From: Sulfolobales archaeon
GTDB lineage: Archaea > Thermoproteota > Thermoprotei_A > Sulfolobales > NBVN01
Length of the DNA stretch: 64,000 nt
Assembly: GCA_038841535.1 (NCBI GenBank)
Contig: JAWBTQ010000001.1
Coordinates: 96,001-160,000 of the forward strand
Reading direction: 5' to 3'
The position numbers were made by a program, and so were the translations under genes. This document shows positions 40,103-53,070 of the stretch, one piece after another. Position 1 is the stretch's first letter; each line of letters opens with the position of its first letter. Below the pieces are notes generated by a model. It was not told the origin of the DNA and made no database searches. It saw only the letters and a list, made by a program, of their open reading frames with translations.

Positions 40103-40477
40103 ATGAGCAGTGAGGAGGAAAAGAAAAAGAGAGTGGAAGGTTTGAGCGATGTCGAAGAGCTGAGAGAAGTACTTAGAGCCATCTCGGAGTTTCTAGCTGA
40201 GATCAGGGAACCTCTGGAAAACCTCATTAAGACCGTTACCGACGCTGGTAGTGGTGAAAAGTTAGCTAAAGAGGTAGCTACTTTCTATAAATCGCTCATT
40301 GAGAGTGGGATCGACCAGCAGACAGCTAAAGAATGGGCTGAGAAGTTCTTTGTCCAGAGACTAGAATCCATCCCAAGCCTCGCCTTCTTAAAAGAGATAT
40401 TCAGAGAATGGGGTTCTAGAGAATCATCGAAGGCCGAACAGGTAGCTGAGGAGGAGTCTCGGCAAGAGAGCGAGTGA
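40103..40477 (+). CDS. Hypothetical helical protein
   Basis: Clean ORF; GEKLAKEVATFYKSLIESGI pattern. Confidence 0.7.
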   Translation: MSSEEEKKKRVEGLSDVEELREVLRAISEFLAEIREPLENLIKTVTDAGSGEKLAKEVATFYKSLIESGIDQQTAKEWAEKFFVQRLESIPSLAFLKEIFREWGSRESSKAEQVAEEESRQESE

Positions 40478-40525
40478 GAAGCTTATAGTAGAGTCCGGGA
40501 GAGCTAGCTACTTGGGAAGATAGTT

Positions 40526-40969
40526 TTGAGCTCAGACGAGCTACTAGAGAGGATTGAGAAGCTTCTGTTGAGAGTGCTGGAAAAACTGGAGAAGCTCGAG
40601 GATCTATTATCTACTGCTACTGTAGACCCGGCTCAAACAGTAGCTTTAGAAGTAGCTATGTTCTCGATGCTTCCGGCACATAAAGCTGTGAAAGTAGTTA
40701 GAGATACCGTCGCGATATTACGCAAAGCTAAGATGAGTGACCCTATAACGAGAGCTATAGTGGAGGTTCTCTTAACTCACGGTGAGGGAGTTACCATCTC
40801 AGACCTCACTAGGAAAGTTAGAGAACTACGTGGTACCGCTTCAAGGAGGATCGTATCGGAAAGGCTGAAGTCTCTGGAGAACAGAGGGGTGGTAGTAATG
40901 AAGAGAACTGGGAAAACTGTTAAAGTATACCTTAAGAACGAGGTGGTTGATCTTGAAAAAGATAGTTGA
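40526..40969 (+). CDS. Coiled-coil plus winged-helix putative transcription regulator
   Basis: DPITRAIVEVL, TISDLTRKVRELRGTASRRIVSERLKSLENRGVV. Confidence 0.75.
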   Translation: MSSDELLERIEKLLLRVLEKLEKLEDLLSTATVDPAQTVALEVAMFSMLPAHKAVKVVRDTVAILRKAKMSDPITRAIVEVLLTHGEGVTISDLTRKVRELRGTASRRIVSERLKSLENRGVVVMKRTGKTVKVYLKNEVVDLEKDS

Positions 40970-41206
40970 TATCCTACTGATACTGTACTATACCATAACC
41001 TCAGTCCTCACGATCGCCGACTTACTTATCTACCTGCTAATATATTACTGCTTTAGAGAATGGACTCGCTACTGGAGATTTAATTTAGTGCTGGTCACGC
41101 TGAACTTACCCAAAGACCTAAGAAGAAGCCTTTGCCAAACGTACAAAAACAAAGTCCGCATTTACGGCTTATTTGACCTAGTAGAGCTACTTAAGAACCT
41201 CACATC

Positions 41207-44084
<2,878 letters not shown>

Positions 44085-44087
44085 GAC

Positions 44088-44390
44088 CTAATCAGCAGAT
44101 CTTGCTTCTGCTGCTATTGCTTCATCGAATACTATTTCAGCGACTACTCGATGCCCTTTCGAATGGTTCTCGAGTTCTGACCTATCGACTATGGTTGCTC
44201 CACACGTTATACAGTAGACTCCGCCCTTCTTATTCAGGGCACTCAGTAGTTCGTCTAGAGAGACCTTCTTGAACTTCTCACAAGTTCCATGCTCGTGGAC
44301 GCACGTCTCGCTGGCGCCGCAGTAACCTATGTATGGAAAGAATATGTGTGGCTGAAAGTGAATGCAGTTTCTACATCTTTCCTCTGTCAC
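44088..44390 (-). CDS. Small Cys-rich putative metal-binding protein
   Basis: CRNC..F, GYC, C..F, CITC, H...H motifs; inside the ferredoxin-OFOR operon. Confidence 0.7.
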   Translation of the reverse strand: MTEERCRNCIHFQPHIFFPYIGYCGASETCVHEHGTCEKFKKVSLDELLSALNKKGGVYCITCGATIVDRSELENHSKGHRVVAEIVFDEAIAAEARSAD

Positions 44391-44393
44391 AGA

Positions 44394-44654
44394 CTAATCC
44401 CCAACTTTCTCGACTTTGATGGCTGCCACAGGGCACACGTCAGCCCCTTTCTTAGCGCACTCGAAGAGCTCTTCAGGTATTTCACCTATAGATAGGTTCT
44501 CGCTTATTTCGGTGCTATATCTTCCTACAACTCTGTTCTTCTGGTTATCGGAGCCTAGTTCGTAAACCTCGGGACAAACTGCTGGAGCAACACCACACGA
44601 TATACACATAGACCTATCCACGATTACTCTGTACTTAACCAAGTTACACACCAA
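44394..44654 (-). CDS. Monocluster ferredoxin
   Basis: CISCGVAPAVCP and CPVAAI. Confidence 0.9.
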   Translation of the reverse strand: MVCNLVKYRVIVDRSMCISCGVAPAVCPEVYELGSDNQKNRVVGRYSTEISENLSIGEIPEELFECAKKGADVCPVAAIKVEKVGD

Positions 44655-44816
44655 TTATTAATTTCTCAAAAATCATTTAAATTGGGCGACTTAGTAAAAG
44701 GAAATACTCACACTCTACTTACTCAGAAACTTAAGGTACAGTTGGATTTTCCTCTCTTATAGTTAACATCTTTGTACGCTTATATTTGAAAATCGCTATA
44801 TCGTAATGGTGGTAGT

Positions 44817-45152
44817 ATGACTTTATGGAAGTGTCAAGTTTGTGGGTATGTTTATGAAGGAATTGAAGCACCAGAGAGATGCCCTAAGTGCGGTGCTCCT
44901 AGAGAGCGGTTTAAGCTACTATCAGAGCAGGAGGTCCAGCTAATACTGAGGTCTAGGAAGTCGAACTACCTACACATGAAGGCTCTTACACTTCTGAGGG
45001 ATCTATTAGCGGTCGCTGATGAACTTATTCAAGATAATCTAGACCCGGCTTGCGTCAAGTTGGCTACCGAGGAAAGAGAATCTGCTTTAACTACTATCCA
45101 AAAGATAATGGCAGAGCTCGAGACGCACGAAAAGAAGGGTAAGTGGGGATAG
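44817..45152 (+). CDS. Rubredoxin-like domain protein
   Basis: [23 protein letters not shown]-terminal H.KKGKWG. Confidence 0.85.
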   Translation: MTLWKCQVCGYVYEGIEAPERCPKCGAPRERFKLLSEQEVQLILRSRKSNYLHMKALTLLRDLLAVADELIQDNLDPACVKLATEERESALTTIQKIMAELETHEKKGKWG

Positions 45153-45156
45153 GTCC

Positions 45157-45681
45157 TTGAGCGAGCCCGGGAAGTATGTGTATAAGCCCTCAAAGTACCC
45201 GCTGAGACCTGAAGTCATGGGTATCGATAAAGAAGTCTTAGTTAATATGCTCCTATCGGCATTCGCTGACGAAATCTTAGCTTGGTATCAGTACTATGTA
45301 ACTGCCTATGCTCTCAAAGGTAGCGTAGCGTCCGAGCTAGAGGAAGTGTTCAGGGAAGTAGCTGATGACGAACTCAACGATCACGCTAAGAAGTTGGCTG
45401 ATAGACTGCAGGACTTCGACGTTGACCCTCCTGACTTTAGAGACCTATGGCAACTATCTAAGTGCAGGCAGACGGAGCTACCCAAGGATCCCTACGATAT
45501 CGATGGATTTCTAGAAGCAAGCGTCAAGGCGGAAGAATGCGCTTTAGAGCACTATAGAGAGATATTCCAGTACGTGTTCGGAAAAGACCCTGTAACTGAG
45601 GAAATAGTTGAAGACATAATGAAGGACGAGGCAGAACACGAAACAATATTCAGAAACCTCAAATCGACGAAGAGAGGCTGA
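45157..45681 (+). CDS. Ferritin-like / DPS-like protein
   Basis: ADEILAWYQY, DELNDHA, KAEECA, KDPVT, DEAEHE. Confidence 0.85.
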   Translation: MSEPGKYVYKPSKYPLRPEVMGIDKEVLVNMLLSAFADEILAWYQYYVTAYALKGSVASELEEVFREVADDELNDHAKKLADRLQDFDVDPPDFRDLWQLSKCRQTELPKDPYDIDGFLEASVKAEECALEHYREIFQYVFGKDPVTEEIVEDIMKDEAEHETIFRNLKSTKRG

Positions 45682-45904
45682 GAAAGAGGCTTTATTAAGT
45701 AACGTAAGGACAGACCCCCATACTTTTGATTTGAGCTCGCCTTCTTAGGTTTCTTTTGTTCAGCTACTACGGTGCTCAATAGCTACTAAATAAGCCTATT
45801 CTAGCCAGAAACTACAAAGAACACTAATCAGTACAGTTTAGACAATGTTACAAAGTTTAAGACTAGGTCGAACTTCAATAAAAACAGGTTTTAAGCTGAG
45901 TTAT

Positions 45905-48900
45905 CTATATCAAAAGATTGAAGGTGAAGTATATAGGCATACTGTAGTAATCGAAATATACTGTCGGCGAACCTCTGTCTAACCAACCTACTGTGGTAAC
46001 CGGCACTCGCGTAACGTAGTTGAATGCTATTATGTAGTCGCCACCATATGGAACCGTGGGGCATGGGTGTATGCGGACGCTGGCTATGTAGGAAGTCGGG
46101 GTTGTTTCTAGAGTCTCTAGCGTTATAGGTATTCCGTATTCTGCTAGAGAGGGTATGTAGTAGAAGACCGATCCACCGGTAGGTCTTACTGCTCCATCGG
46201 TTGGTGGCTCTATTCTCACCGGCAGGAACTCGCTCGATCCGTACACGTAGATCCAGCCGTTGGCACCTAAGTAGCTACTTATCCTTCTGGGGATACTTAC
46301 GGAGATGCTTACGCGGGTTAGTTCTATAGTTAATGCCTCCTCGTAGCTCATGCCCAAGTACTGTATGTTTCTAACTACGACTCTGTAGATTCCTGGTAGA
46401 GGTGTTGGAGAGAGTATTGTCGAGGTCCCTGGACCTGTGGAGTCCCAGAACCTCGTCGGGTTGTAACCACTACCTCCACGCGGGTCTCTCGAGAGTTCAG
46501 CTGCTAGCTGAACGCCGTTTACTGTATACGTAAGTACCTCTTTAGTGGTGTCGTCGACCATGTAGTACGTCCAGGGTCCAAAGACCATCGCATCTATGTT
46601 GCTAGCATATGCGGGCTTTCCGTAAGTAGGCCAAGTGGCTTTAATACCTAAGGCTCTCGTTCCCATTGGTACGTAAACCTTGAATACTCTCCAATCTCCC
46701 GACTCGTATCTCCACGTGTAGTCGAACGCTCCCCGTAGGTAGGTGTTTCTATACGGCGTCGTCTCAGTTCTAGGCATCATTCTGTACGTTGTCGAGTAAT
46801 ACGTCATGTTGATCGGTATAAAGTATGAGACAGGTATGAGGTACTTTAGGGCTTTAGTGGTTTCCTCTATCACTAAGTAGCCGCTGTAAAACCCTGGGTA
46901 AGCGCCCGTTACGATAACATTAACTCTAGCTATACCTCTAGAAGTTAGTGTTGTTGGACTAACGGTTACGTCTCTCCAGGGCATTAGGCTGTATGTGATT
47001 ACTCTCGCTCTCATCGGTAGATAGCCACGGAAGGTCGCGCCGGACACACCTATCCTAACTACTAGTGCTTTCGCTGCTCCTTCGATGCTTATGCCTGTAA
47101 GCTTTGTTGTTAGATACTCTATTTCCTCTATCTGCTTGCTTAGGTTGCCTATTTGCACCCTAACGTAGTTAGCCCTCCTGATGTCGTAGTATATCCTCCC
47201 AGTTTCAGTCCAAGCGAACACTCCATCTCTGTTTGTGTCTATCCAGTAAGCTAGTTCTAAGACTACGGTCGGTATCAGATTGTTAAACGCCCCAGTTCTA
47301 CCACCGCTTTCAAAGTATTCGAAGGGGAACGTAACCTCTATCTCGAAGAAGCTCGCTGAGAGTAGAGGTCTCGGATCGATAGCTAGGTGACCGTAGACAG
47401 TGGCTGTAGATACGTTCAGTGTAACGCTGTCTCCAACACAGGAAGTCACGATCTTTGGATCGAAGTTCGTCTTCATTAAGTCACAAAGTGGTCTCACACC
47501 TGTCCTCGTGTGGATTACTGAGTAAGCTCTGAAGGTTCCGGCACCCTCTATGGTTACCGTGCGTAACTCGAGACCACCGGGTCTCACGTACGGAATATAG
47601 ATCTTAGGCTCATACCAGGTGAGTGAACCGAGGCCACTGTATGCTATGGTGCTATATGTCTCGGCTAGGTCTGCCATGATGTCCTGAGGCAAGCTAGTTG
47701 AGTAAACCCTAGGTACACTGGGATCTAGAACCGCAGTAACAGCCCTGTAGGCATTTACAAAACCGACGCCCTGCGAAAGCTGGTCAAAGCCCATGTCGTA
47801 CGCCGTATTCATGAGTACGGTTTTCAATAGGTGTGCCGGCATTCTGCTTCCGTAAACGGACTTGTACGCTGATACTACGAGAGCGCCGACACCAGCTGCC
47901 ATGGGGGTTGCCTGACTAGTGCCACTAAAGAGCGCGTGAGTTGCGGTACCCCTTAGAGTTCTTGAACCAAGCGCCTCCCAGGTCCTCCCAACAGCCCAAG
48001 CAAAGGACCCCACTGCTATGACATCTGGTTTCACTACACCTAGCTCTGTCGGCCCCCTACTGCTCCAGGATATCACTTGCCTACTAGCTCCAAGTACTGT
48101 ATAGCCGTAGATGGGCCTGTAGGCAAACTCTGTTGCAGCACCAACCCCTATCGAGAACGTCGATGATGCTGGCGAAGCTATAGTACCCCAGCCGGGTCCT
48201 CCATTACCTACGGCTACGAAGTGAGGTACACCAGTCATCATAGTCGTGTAGTCAAATATTATGCTAGAGGGGTCCATTCCGGAAGCCCAACCCCAGAGAG
48301 CCCAACCACTTATTCCATAAGAGTTGCTAGTGACGTCTACCCTAGGGGCACCCGTGTAGACCCACTCCCAGGTGAACCCCTCAAACGCTATCCACGGGTT
48401 TGTTCTGAGAGCTGGCCAGAGGTATCTAGAGCCTTCACCGTAAGGTGTCGCCAGGTCGAAGCCCGTGAAGAAGTATATCGCAGTTATTGTAGTACCGAAG
48501 TAGAGTGCTGGAGCAACAGCTATCTTAGCCGCAGGTGCCTGCCCCGACATACTTCTAACACCGTAACCCGTCTGAGCGTAGTAGTCTCTACCTGCTGCTG
48601 TTGTTGCGCAGAAAGTGCCGTGATTACCGTAGTCGTACTGGAACACTACGTAGGCCCCGTATGGGTCTAGACCGGGCCAAACCATAGCTACTGGCTCGTA
48701 CTCCCATACTTCGCGATAAAGTAGAGCATCAGTTCTATATCCGTATCCGTGGGGTAGTGGTGTTATTAGCTCTTTCCAATATCCGAGTACTTCGTAGACT
48801 ATTGCGTATGCCGCATCGTATACGTAACCTGCTAGAGTCCCGAGCGAGAAGTCTGTTACACTGTCTCCGTCTAGGTCTCTAGACACTACCTCTTTGCCGT

Positions 48901-50080
48901 AGCGTATCGGCTCTTCGTCCTCAAACGAGTAGTCGGGAGCTGTGGGGGCAGACGGTATAATGACAGAACACGGTGGGGGAGCTAGCGCTAGTTGGAGGAG
49001 ATAGAGAGTCGTTGTAGTGTCTACGTAGACAGTATCGTAGTTTCCATCACCATCGGAGTCGACGACTAGGGCGGGGACCGTAAACCTTAAGGTCGTCGAA
49101 ATTCCTCCCACGGAGGTGCTTGCGTAATACATCATGAGGCCGAACTTGGCCGGTCCATACCTAGGTATGTCGCCAACGTACCACCGGTTGTCAGTTGGCC
49201 ACGAGACGTATGCTGAGTAGGACCTGCACCCACTTACCGATATCCAAAGACCTTGGGACCACTTGTATACGTAGTATGGTGGGTAGAACACGTAGAGCTT
49301 TTCTGGATTTACGAAGACGTAGCCCTCACCTGCTTCCTTGGCTTCAACAGGGGTTAGAGCTAGCCCGAGGCTACTAACGTCGAAAACTAGTGGAAGGCCA
49401 GACTCGTCTCTAGCTACCGCATCTAAGCCTAGTGCAGGCGACCCGTAGTCAACGCCGGTATCGATTATGGCTATGCTGACACCTTCACCTCTAATCCCGT
49501 ACTTTAGCCAGACGTCGATAGCCCTCGTTACGTTAACTGTGTAGTGATAGCTGCCTCCACTATCTCCAGAAGTGCTTAGCTCTCTAGGTACGGCACTACT
49601 TTGTTCTCCAAGTGCTCTAGTAGACCTTATGAAGACCGGATCCATTCTCATGTCTGGGAGTATGGCTACTACTCCCGGCAGCCTGGAGAGCGTTTCGAGG
49701 TCGTTCTTGGTAATCACTACGTTAACTAATCTATACAAATGCGTTGGGTAGGAACCGAGAAACCCCCTGACTCTCCCCTTGAGGATTCTGAGTGGTACCG
49801 ATCTGTCGAGGACTACTATAGCTCTAGCAACTTGAGTATCTGAATTCAGCACTGTAAACCCTTCTTCAGGCACTAACTCGAAAGCTAAAGCACTTGGGTC
49901 ATCTACGTAAGCACTAAACCTCCAGTAGCTCTCGTCGTACAGTAAGTGGCTTATGTAGGCAGTCCTCAACGAACTTGGTGCTTGCCCAGTCCTGACGGCG
50001 TCCGCCGGGAGAGTGGCTATCGTAGCTAGAGAGATTAGTAAGACTAGCAATAGACCTTTAGCGAAGACCTTACTTCCCAT
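45905..50080 (-). CDS. Large secreted S8 protease (pyrolysin/STABLE-like)
   Basis: Signal peptide, IIDTGVD, NHGT, VGNGG, SSRGP...KPD, FSGTSQATP, long C-terminal extension. Confidence 0.92.
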   Translation of the reverse strand: MGSKVFAKGLLLVLLISLATIATLPADAVRTGQAPSSLRTAYISHLLYDESYWRFSAYVDDPSALAFELVPEEGFTVLNSDTQVARAIVVLDRSVPLRILKGRVRGFLGSYPTHLYRLVNVVITKNDLETLSRLPGVVAILPDMRMDPVFIRSTRALGEQSSAVPRELSTSGDSGGSYHYTVNVTRAIDVWLKYGIRGEGVSIAIIDTGVDYGSPALGLDAVARDESGLPLVFDVSSLGLALTPVEAKEAGEGYVFVNPEKLYVFYPPYYVYKWSQGLWISVSGCRSYSAYVSWPTDNRWYVGDIPRYGPAKFGLMMYYASTSVGGISTTLRFTVPALVVDSDGDGNYDTVYVDTTTTLYLLQLALAPPPCSVIIPSAPTAPDYSFEDEEPIRYGKEVVSRDLDGDSVTDFSLGTLAGYVYDAAYAIVYEVLGYWKELITPLPHGYGYRTDALLYREVWEYEPVAMVWPGLDPYGAYVVFQYDYGNHGTFCATTAAGRDYYAQTGYGVRSMSGQAPAAKIAVAPALYFGTTITAIYFFTGFDLATPYGEGSRYLWPALRTNPWIAFEGFTWEWVYTGAPRVDVTSNSYGISGWALWGWASGMDPSSIIFDYTTMMTGVPHFVAVGNGGPGWGTIASPASSTFSIGVGAATEFAYRPIYGYTVLGASRQVISWSSRGPTELGVVKPDVIAVGSFAWAVGRTWEALGSRTLRGTATHALFSGTSQATPMAAGVGALVVSAYKSVYGSRMPAHLLKTVLMNTAYDMGFDQLSQGVGFVNAYRAVTAVLDPSVPRVYSTSLPQDIMADLAETYSTIAYSGLGSLTWYEPKIYIPYVRPGGLELRTVTIEGAGTFRAYSVIHTRTGVRPLCDLMKTNFDPKIVTSCVGDSVTLNVSTATVYGHLAIDPRPLLSASFFEIEVTFPFEYFESGGRTGAFNNLIPTVVLELAYWIDTNRDGVFAWTETGRIYYDIRRANYVRVQIGNLSKQIEEIEYLTTKLTGISIEGAAKALVVRIGVSGATFRGYLPMRARVITYSLMPWRDVTVSPTTLTSRGIARVNVIVTGAYPGFYSGYLVIEETTKALKYLIPVSYFIPINMTYYSTTYRMMPRTETTPYRNTYLRGAFDYTWRYESGDWRVFKVYVPMGTRALGIKATWPTYGKPAYASNIDAMVFGPWTYYMVDDTTKEVLTYTVNGVQLAAELSRDPRGGSGYNPTRFWDSTGPGTSTILSPTPLPGIYRVVVRNIQYLGMSYEEALTIELTRVSISVSIPRRISSYLGANGWIYVYGSSEFLPVRIEPPTDGAVRPTGGSVFYYIPSLAEYGIPITLETLETTPTSYIASVRIHPCPTVPYGGDYIIAFNYVTRVPVTTVGWLDRGSPTVYFDYYSMPIYFTFNLLI

Positions 50081-50868
50081 AAATTGCTCCCCAAAAGTTC
50101 TTAAAACCCTGGCTTAATATGTTTTAAAAGAAAATATGGGTAGCATAGTGAATACTTCCCAGGTACACTTGCGACGCACTCGCAGCACTCAAACATAAAC
50201 AGAGGAATGATGTAGCGCATTCGGTTTAAATGAGGTAACGGAGTGTTTAGTTATTTCCGGTTTTATGTTAATGAGTCTTGTCTTGAGCTTTTAGTGCTCT
50301 CGCTACTGCCATTTAGCCGCCGTTTAGCCGGGGATTTCACAAGTTCGCTTCAACGTGCGTGTATATCGATAACTCAGAGTTCTAGATCTGTGTCGTACCG
50401 CTAGTATGGGGGTAGGGAAAGCTTCGTGGACTGTCTGGACCTACCTATCCGTCACGGGAAATAACCCCTTAGTGAGTAGGTTGGTTTCGTTTACAATGTT
50501 TTTTAGAAGTAATTGGGAGCACGCTTATACTCCATAGTGGATCTACGTAATTATGGGAGTAGTGCTTTAAGCTGTTGTAAAAGCTCTTTTACTCTGAATG
50601 TGGAGCCTAATAGTGCTGGGTTCTATGATTCTTACTAATCATGTAGGGGCCCATAAAGGTCTTTAGCTGAATGAGTAACCGTGTGCGAATAAATTACGGG
50701 GATGAAGTTGTTTATTAGAGGTCGTAGTTAGCTATCGGCTGTAGTTATATGCTAAGTGCACACGTTCGGCAATAGACCGTGCTCCTGTGACGAAGGTTTT
50801 CGGTATCTAGCAGTAGTATCGATTTATAAGCTCTATATATGATACACATACGACTATACGTGGGACCT

Positions 50869-51402
50869 ATGATGGTGGAGCCTGAGAAGACTCGAGAGCT
50901 CGTAACTAAATCACTTAAGTGTTGGGCTTCATTTGAGAGGTTGGTGGCAGATCTTTACGACCGAATGGCAAATAAGGTAACTGACGAAGTTCTGACTCTA
51001 ATGCTTAAGTGGTTGTCTACGGAGAGCAGGTCTCACTCCACTTACCTAGAGAATTTATCAGTAATGCTTGAAGACATAAGAGAAAATGGCTGTGCTGAGT
51101 TCATAGGTATTCCATGGTTTACTAACGAAGGTCTCCTAAGAGAAGTGAGTTTGGTGGAACACCTAGATTTAGAGATGGCTTTAGATATCCTAAGAAAGCT
51201 TCAATCAACAGAAAAGCTCGCTTCTGAAGAAGTCTACAGCGTAATACTATCTAACCTATTGAAGGATTTAGTTTCTTTCGTAGGCATTGAAGCTGAACCT
51301 ATGAGACTAGTTTTCGAGGAAATCTCCATGCAGGAAAAATACCACGAGAAAATTGTGGAACTACTTACCGAACATATCTCGAGAAAACTCTCGAAGTTGT
51401 AG
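50869..51402 (+). CDS. Ferritin-like (rubrerythrin-type) protein
   Basis: FE...LY, ESRSH, EE.YS and QEKYHE motifs; start approximate. Confidence 0.7.
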   Translation: MMVEPEKTRELVTKSLKCWASFERLVADLYDRMANKVTDEVLTLMLKWLSTESRSHSTYLENLSVMLEDIRENGCAEFIGIPWFTNEGLLREVSLVEHLDLEMALDILRKLQSTEKLASEEVYSVILSNLLKDLVSFVGIEAEPMRLVFEEISMQEKYHEKIVELLTEHISRKLSKL

Positions 51403-51694
51403 CTATTCAGTCAATAAGTTGTCTAAGGGTAAGCGTACTCGCTGCTAGTAGTGAGTAGAGAGCCTGTGTAATCTACGGTCCTCTATGGATCAGGGAACCT
51501 CGAGCCTAGTGCCTCGAATGGCTATTCTACATTATCTAGAACAGCCCAGCAAGACAGTTCGCAGACAGTACCGTTGCTAAGCTCTGAAGAAATGCGATAG
51601 AACTATCTCTACACTTCCTTAAGGCTCTGAACCTAGCACACCCTGCTGGAGTAATACTGGTTTTAGATAAAGCGGTATGTGGACTCGGCAGTAG

Positions 51695-51768
51695 TGGGCC
51701 CGCGGGGATTTGAACCCCGGACCTCCGCCGCGTCAGGGCGGCGTCCTAGCCAGCTAGACGACGGGCCC
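51695..51768 (-). tRNA. tRNA-Val(GAC)
   Basis: GGGCCCG acceptor, CCGCC-CU-GAC-GC-GGCGG anticodon arm, GGUUCAAAUCC T-arm. Confidence 0.97.
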
Positions 51769-51997
51769 TTAGCCACTAAAACTTTGAGTAAGGTCTAATA
51801 AATCTTTAACCCAGAAGTGACTTAAGATTAAGCAGTGGTTTAAAATTGAGAGCACTGTTGGTTGCAGCTTACGCATACTCTTTTAAGATTAATAGCGATT
51901 AGTGAACCATGTTAATTAAAATATGTAAATACTTCGTGTGATCTAAAATGCACCATGCTTATAAGTTTACACATTATTGTAATATTGGGTGTAATAA

Positions 51998-53056
51998 GTG
52001 CATCCTTCCCCTAAGGTTAGGGTAACTGCTGTTGGGTTATTAATAGGGTTGGTGATAGGGTTTGGTGGAGGGTTTCTGGCTGGTTGGCTTGTTAAACCTT
52101 CTCCTGGGTATTCCGGGTCTACTCTAGTTAGATTCACTCTCGACTGGGCTTACCAGGGACCTCAAGCACCGTTTCTCGTTGCTTACTATAAGGGCTTCTT
52201 CGCTGATGAGGGTCTCTCAGTGACCGTCGATAGGGGCTATGGTTCAGCTAAGGTTATAAGTGACGTAGCAGCTGGACTATTTGATATAGGCTTTGGTGAC
52301 GTAAACTCACTAATAGAGTTTAAGTCGAAGAACCCAGACGCCAAGGTTAAGCTTGTTGCGGTAATACACGTTAGGTCTCCCCTGAGTGTTGTGACTCTCC
52401 GGGAGTACGGGATATCTACTCCTAAGGACTTAGAGGGTAAGAGACTGGGGGCACCCGCTGGTGATGCTGCGAGAAGAGTGTTTCCAGCGTTTGCTTCAGC
52501 CGTAGGGATAAGCTTGGATAAGATTACGTGGGTTACTATGGACATTCCCTTGAGAGAGCCTATGCTAAAGAGAGGTGAGGTAGATGCTGTAACTGGGTTC
52601 TACTACACTGTAGTAATAAACCTCCTGGGTCTAGGAGTAAGTGAGGACGATATAGTAGTCTTTAAGTATGGAGACTACTTGCCACTCATAGGTAACGGAA
52701 TAGTAGTAAACGAGGACTTCCTGAAGAAAAACCCCGATGCTCTCACTAAGTTTTTGAGAGCAATTATTAGAGGTATTAAGTACACCATACAGAATCCAGA
52801 TGAAGCAATAAATGTACTCTTGATGAGAGATCCCACCCTGAATAAGACTATAGAGAAGAAGAGGCTGCTAATGGCTTTAGAGATAATTAACGTAAGAGGA
52901 ATTACCGACAAGCATGGATTTGGATACGTCGAGCCTTCAGTTATAGAAGAAAACATAAACGCTGTTGTCGCAACATTCGGTCTCTCTAGAAAACCCTCAC
53001 TAAGTGAGATAGTAGACTTTAGTTACTTACCATCTCGCGAGGAGAGGTTGCCTTAG
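51998..53056 (+). CDS. ABC transporter substrate-binding protein, NMT1/THI5 (SsuA/TauA-like)
   Basis: N-terminal anchor, FTLDW, KGFFADEGL, GYGS, PKDLEGK. Confidence 0.88.
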   Translation: MHPSPKVRVTAVGLLIGLVIGFGGGFLAGWLVKPSPGYSGSTLVRFTLDWAYQGPQAPFLVAYYKGFFADEGLSVTVDRGYGSAKVISDVAAGLFDIGFGDVNSLIEFKSKNPDAKVKLVAVIHVRSPLSVVTLREYGISTPKDLEGKRLGAPAGDAARRVFPAFASAVGISLDKITWVTMDIPLREPMLKRGEVDAVTGFYYTVVINLLGLGVSEDDIVVFKYGDYLPLIGNGIVVNEDFLKKNPDALTKFLRAIIRGIKYTIQNPDEAINVLLMRDPTLNKTIEKKRLLMALEIINVRGITDKHGFGYVEPSVIEENINAVVATFGLSRKPSLSEIVDFSYLPSREERLP

Positions 53057-53070
53057 TAAAGGTATAGGCA

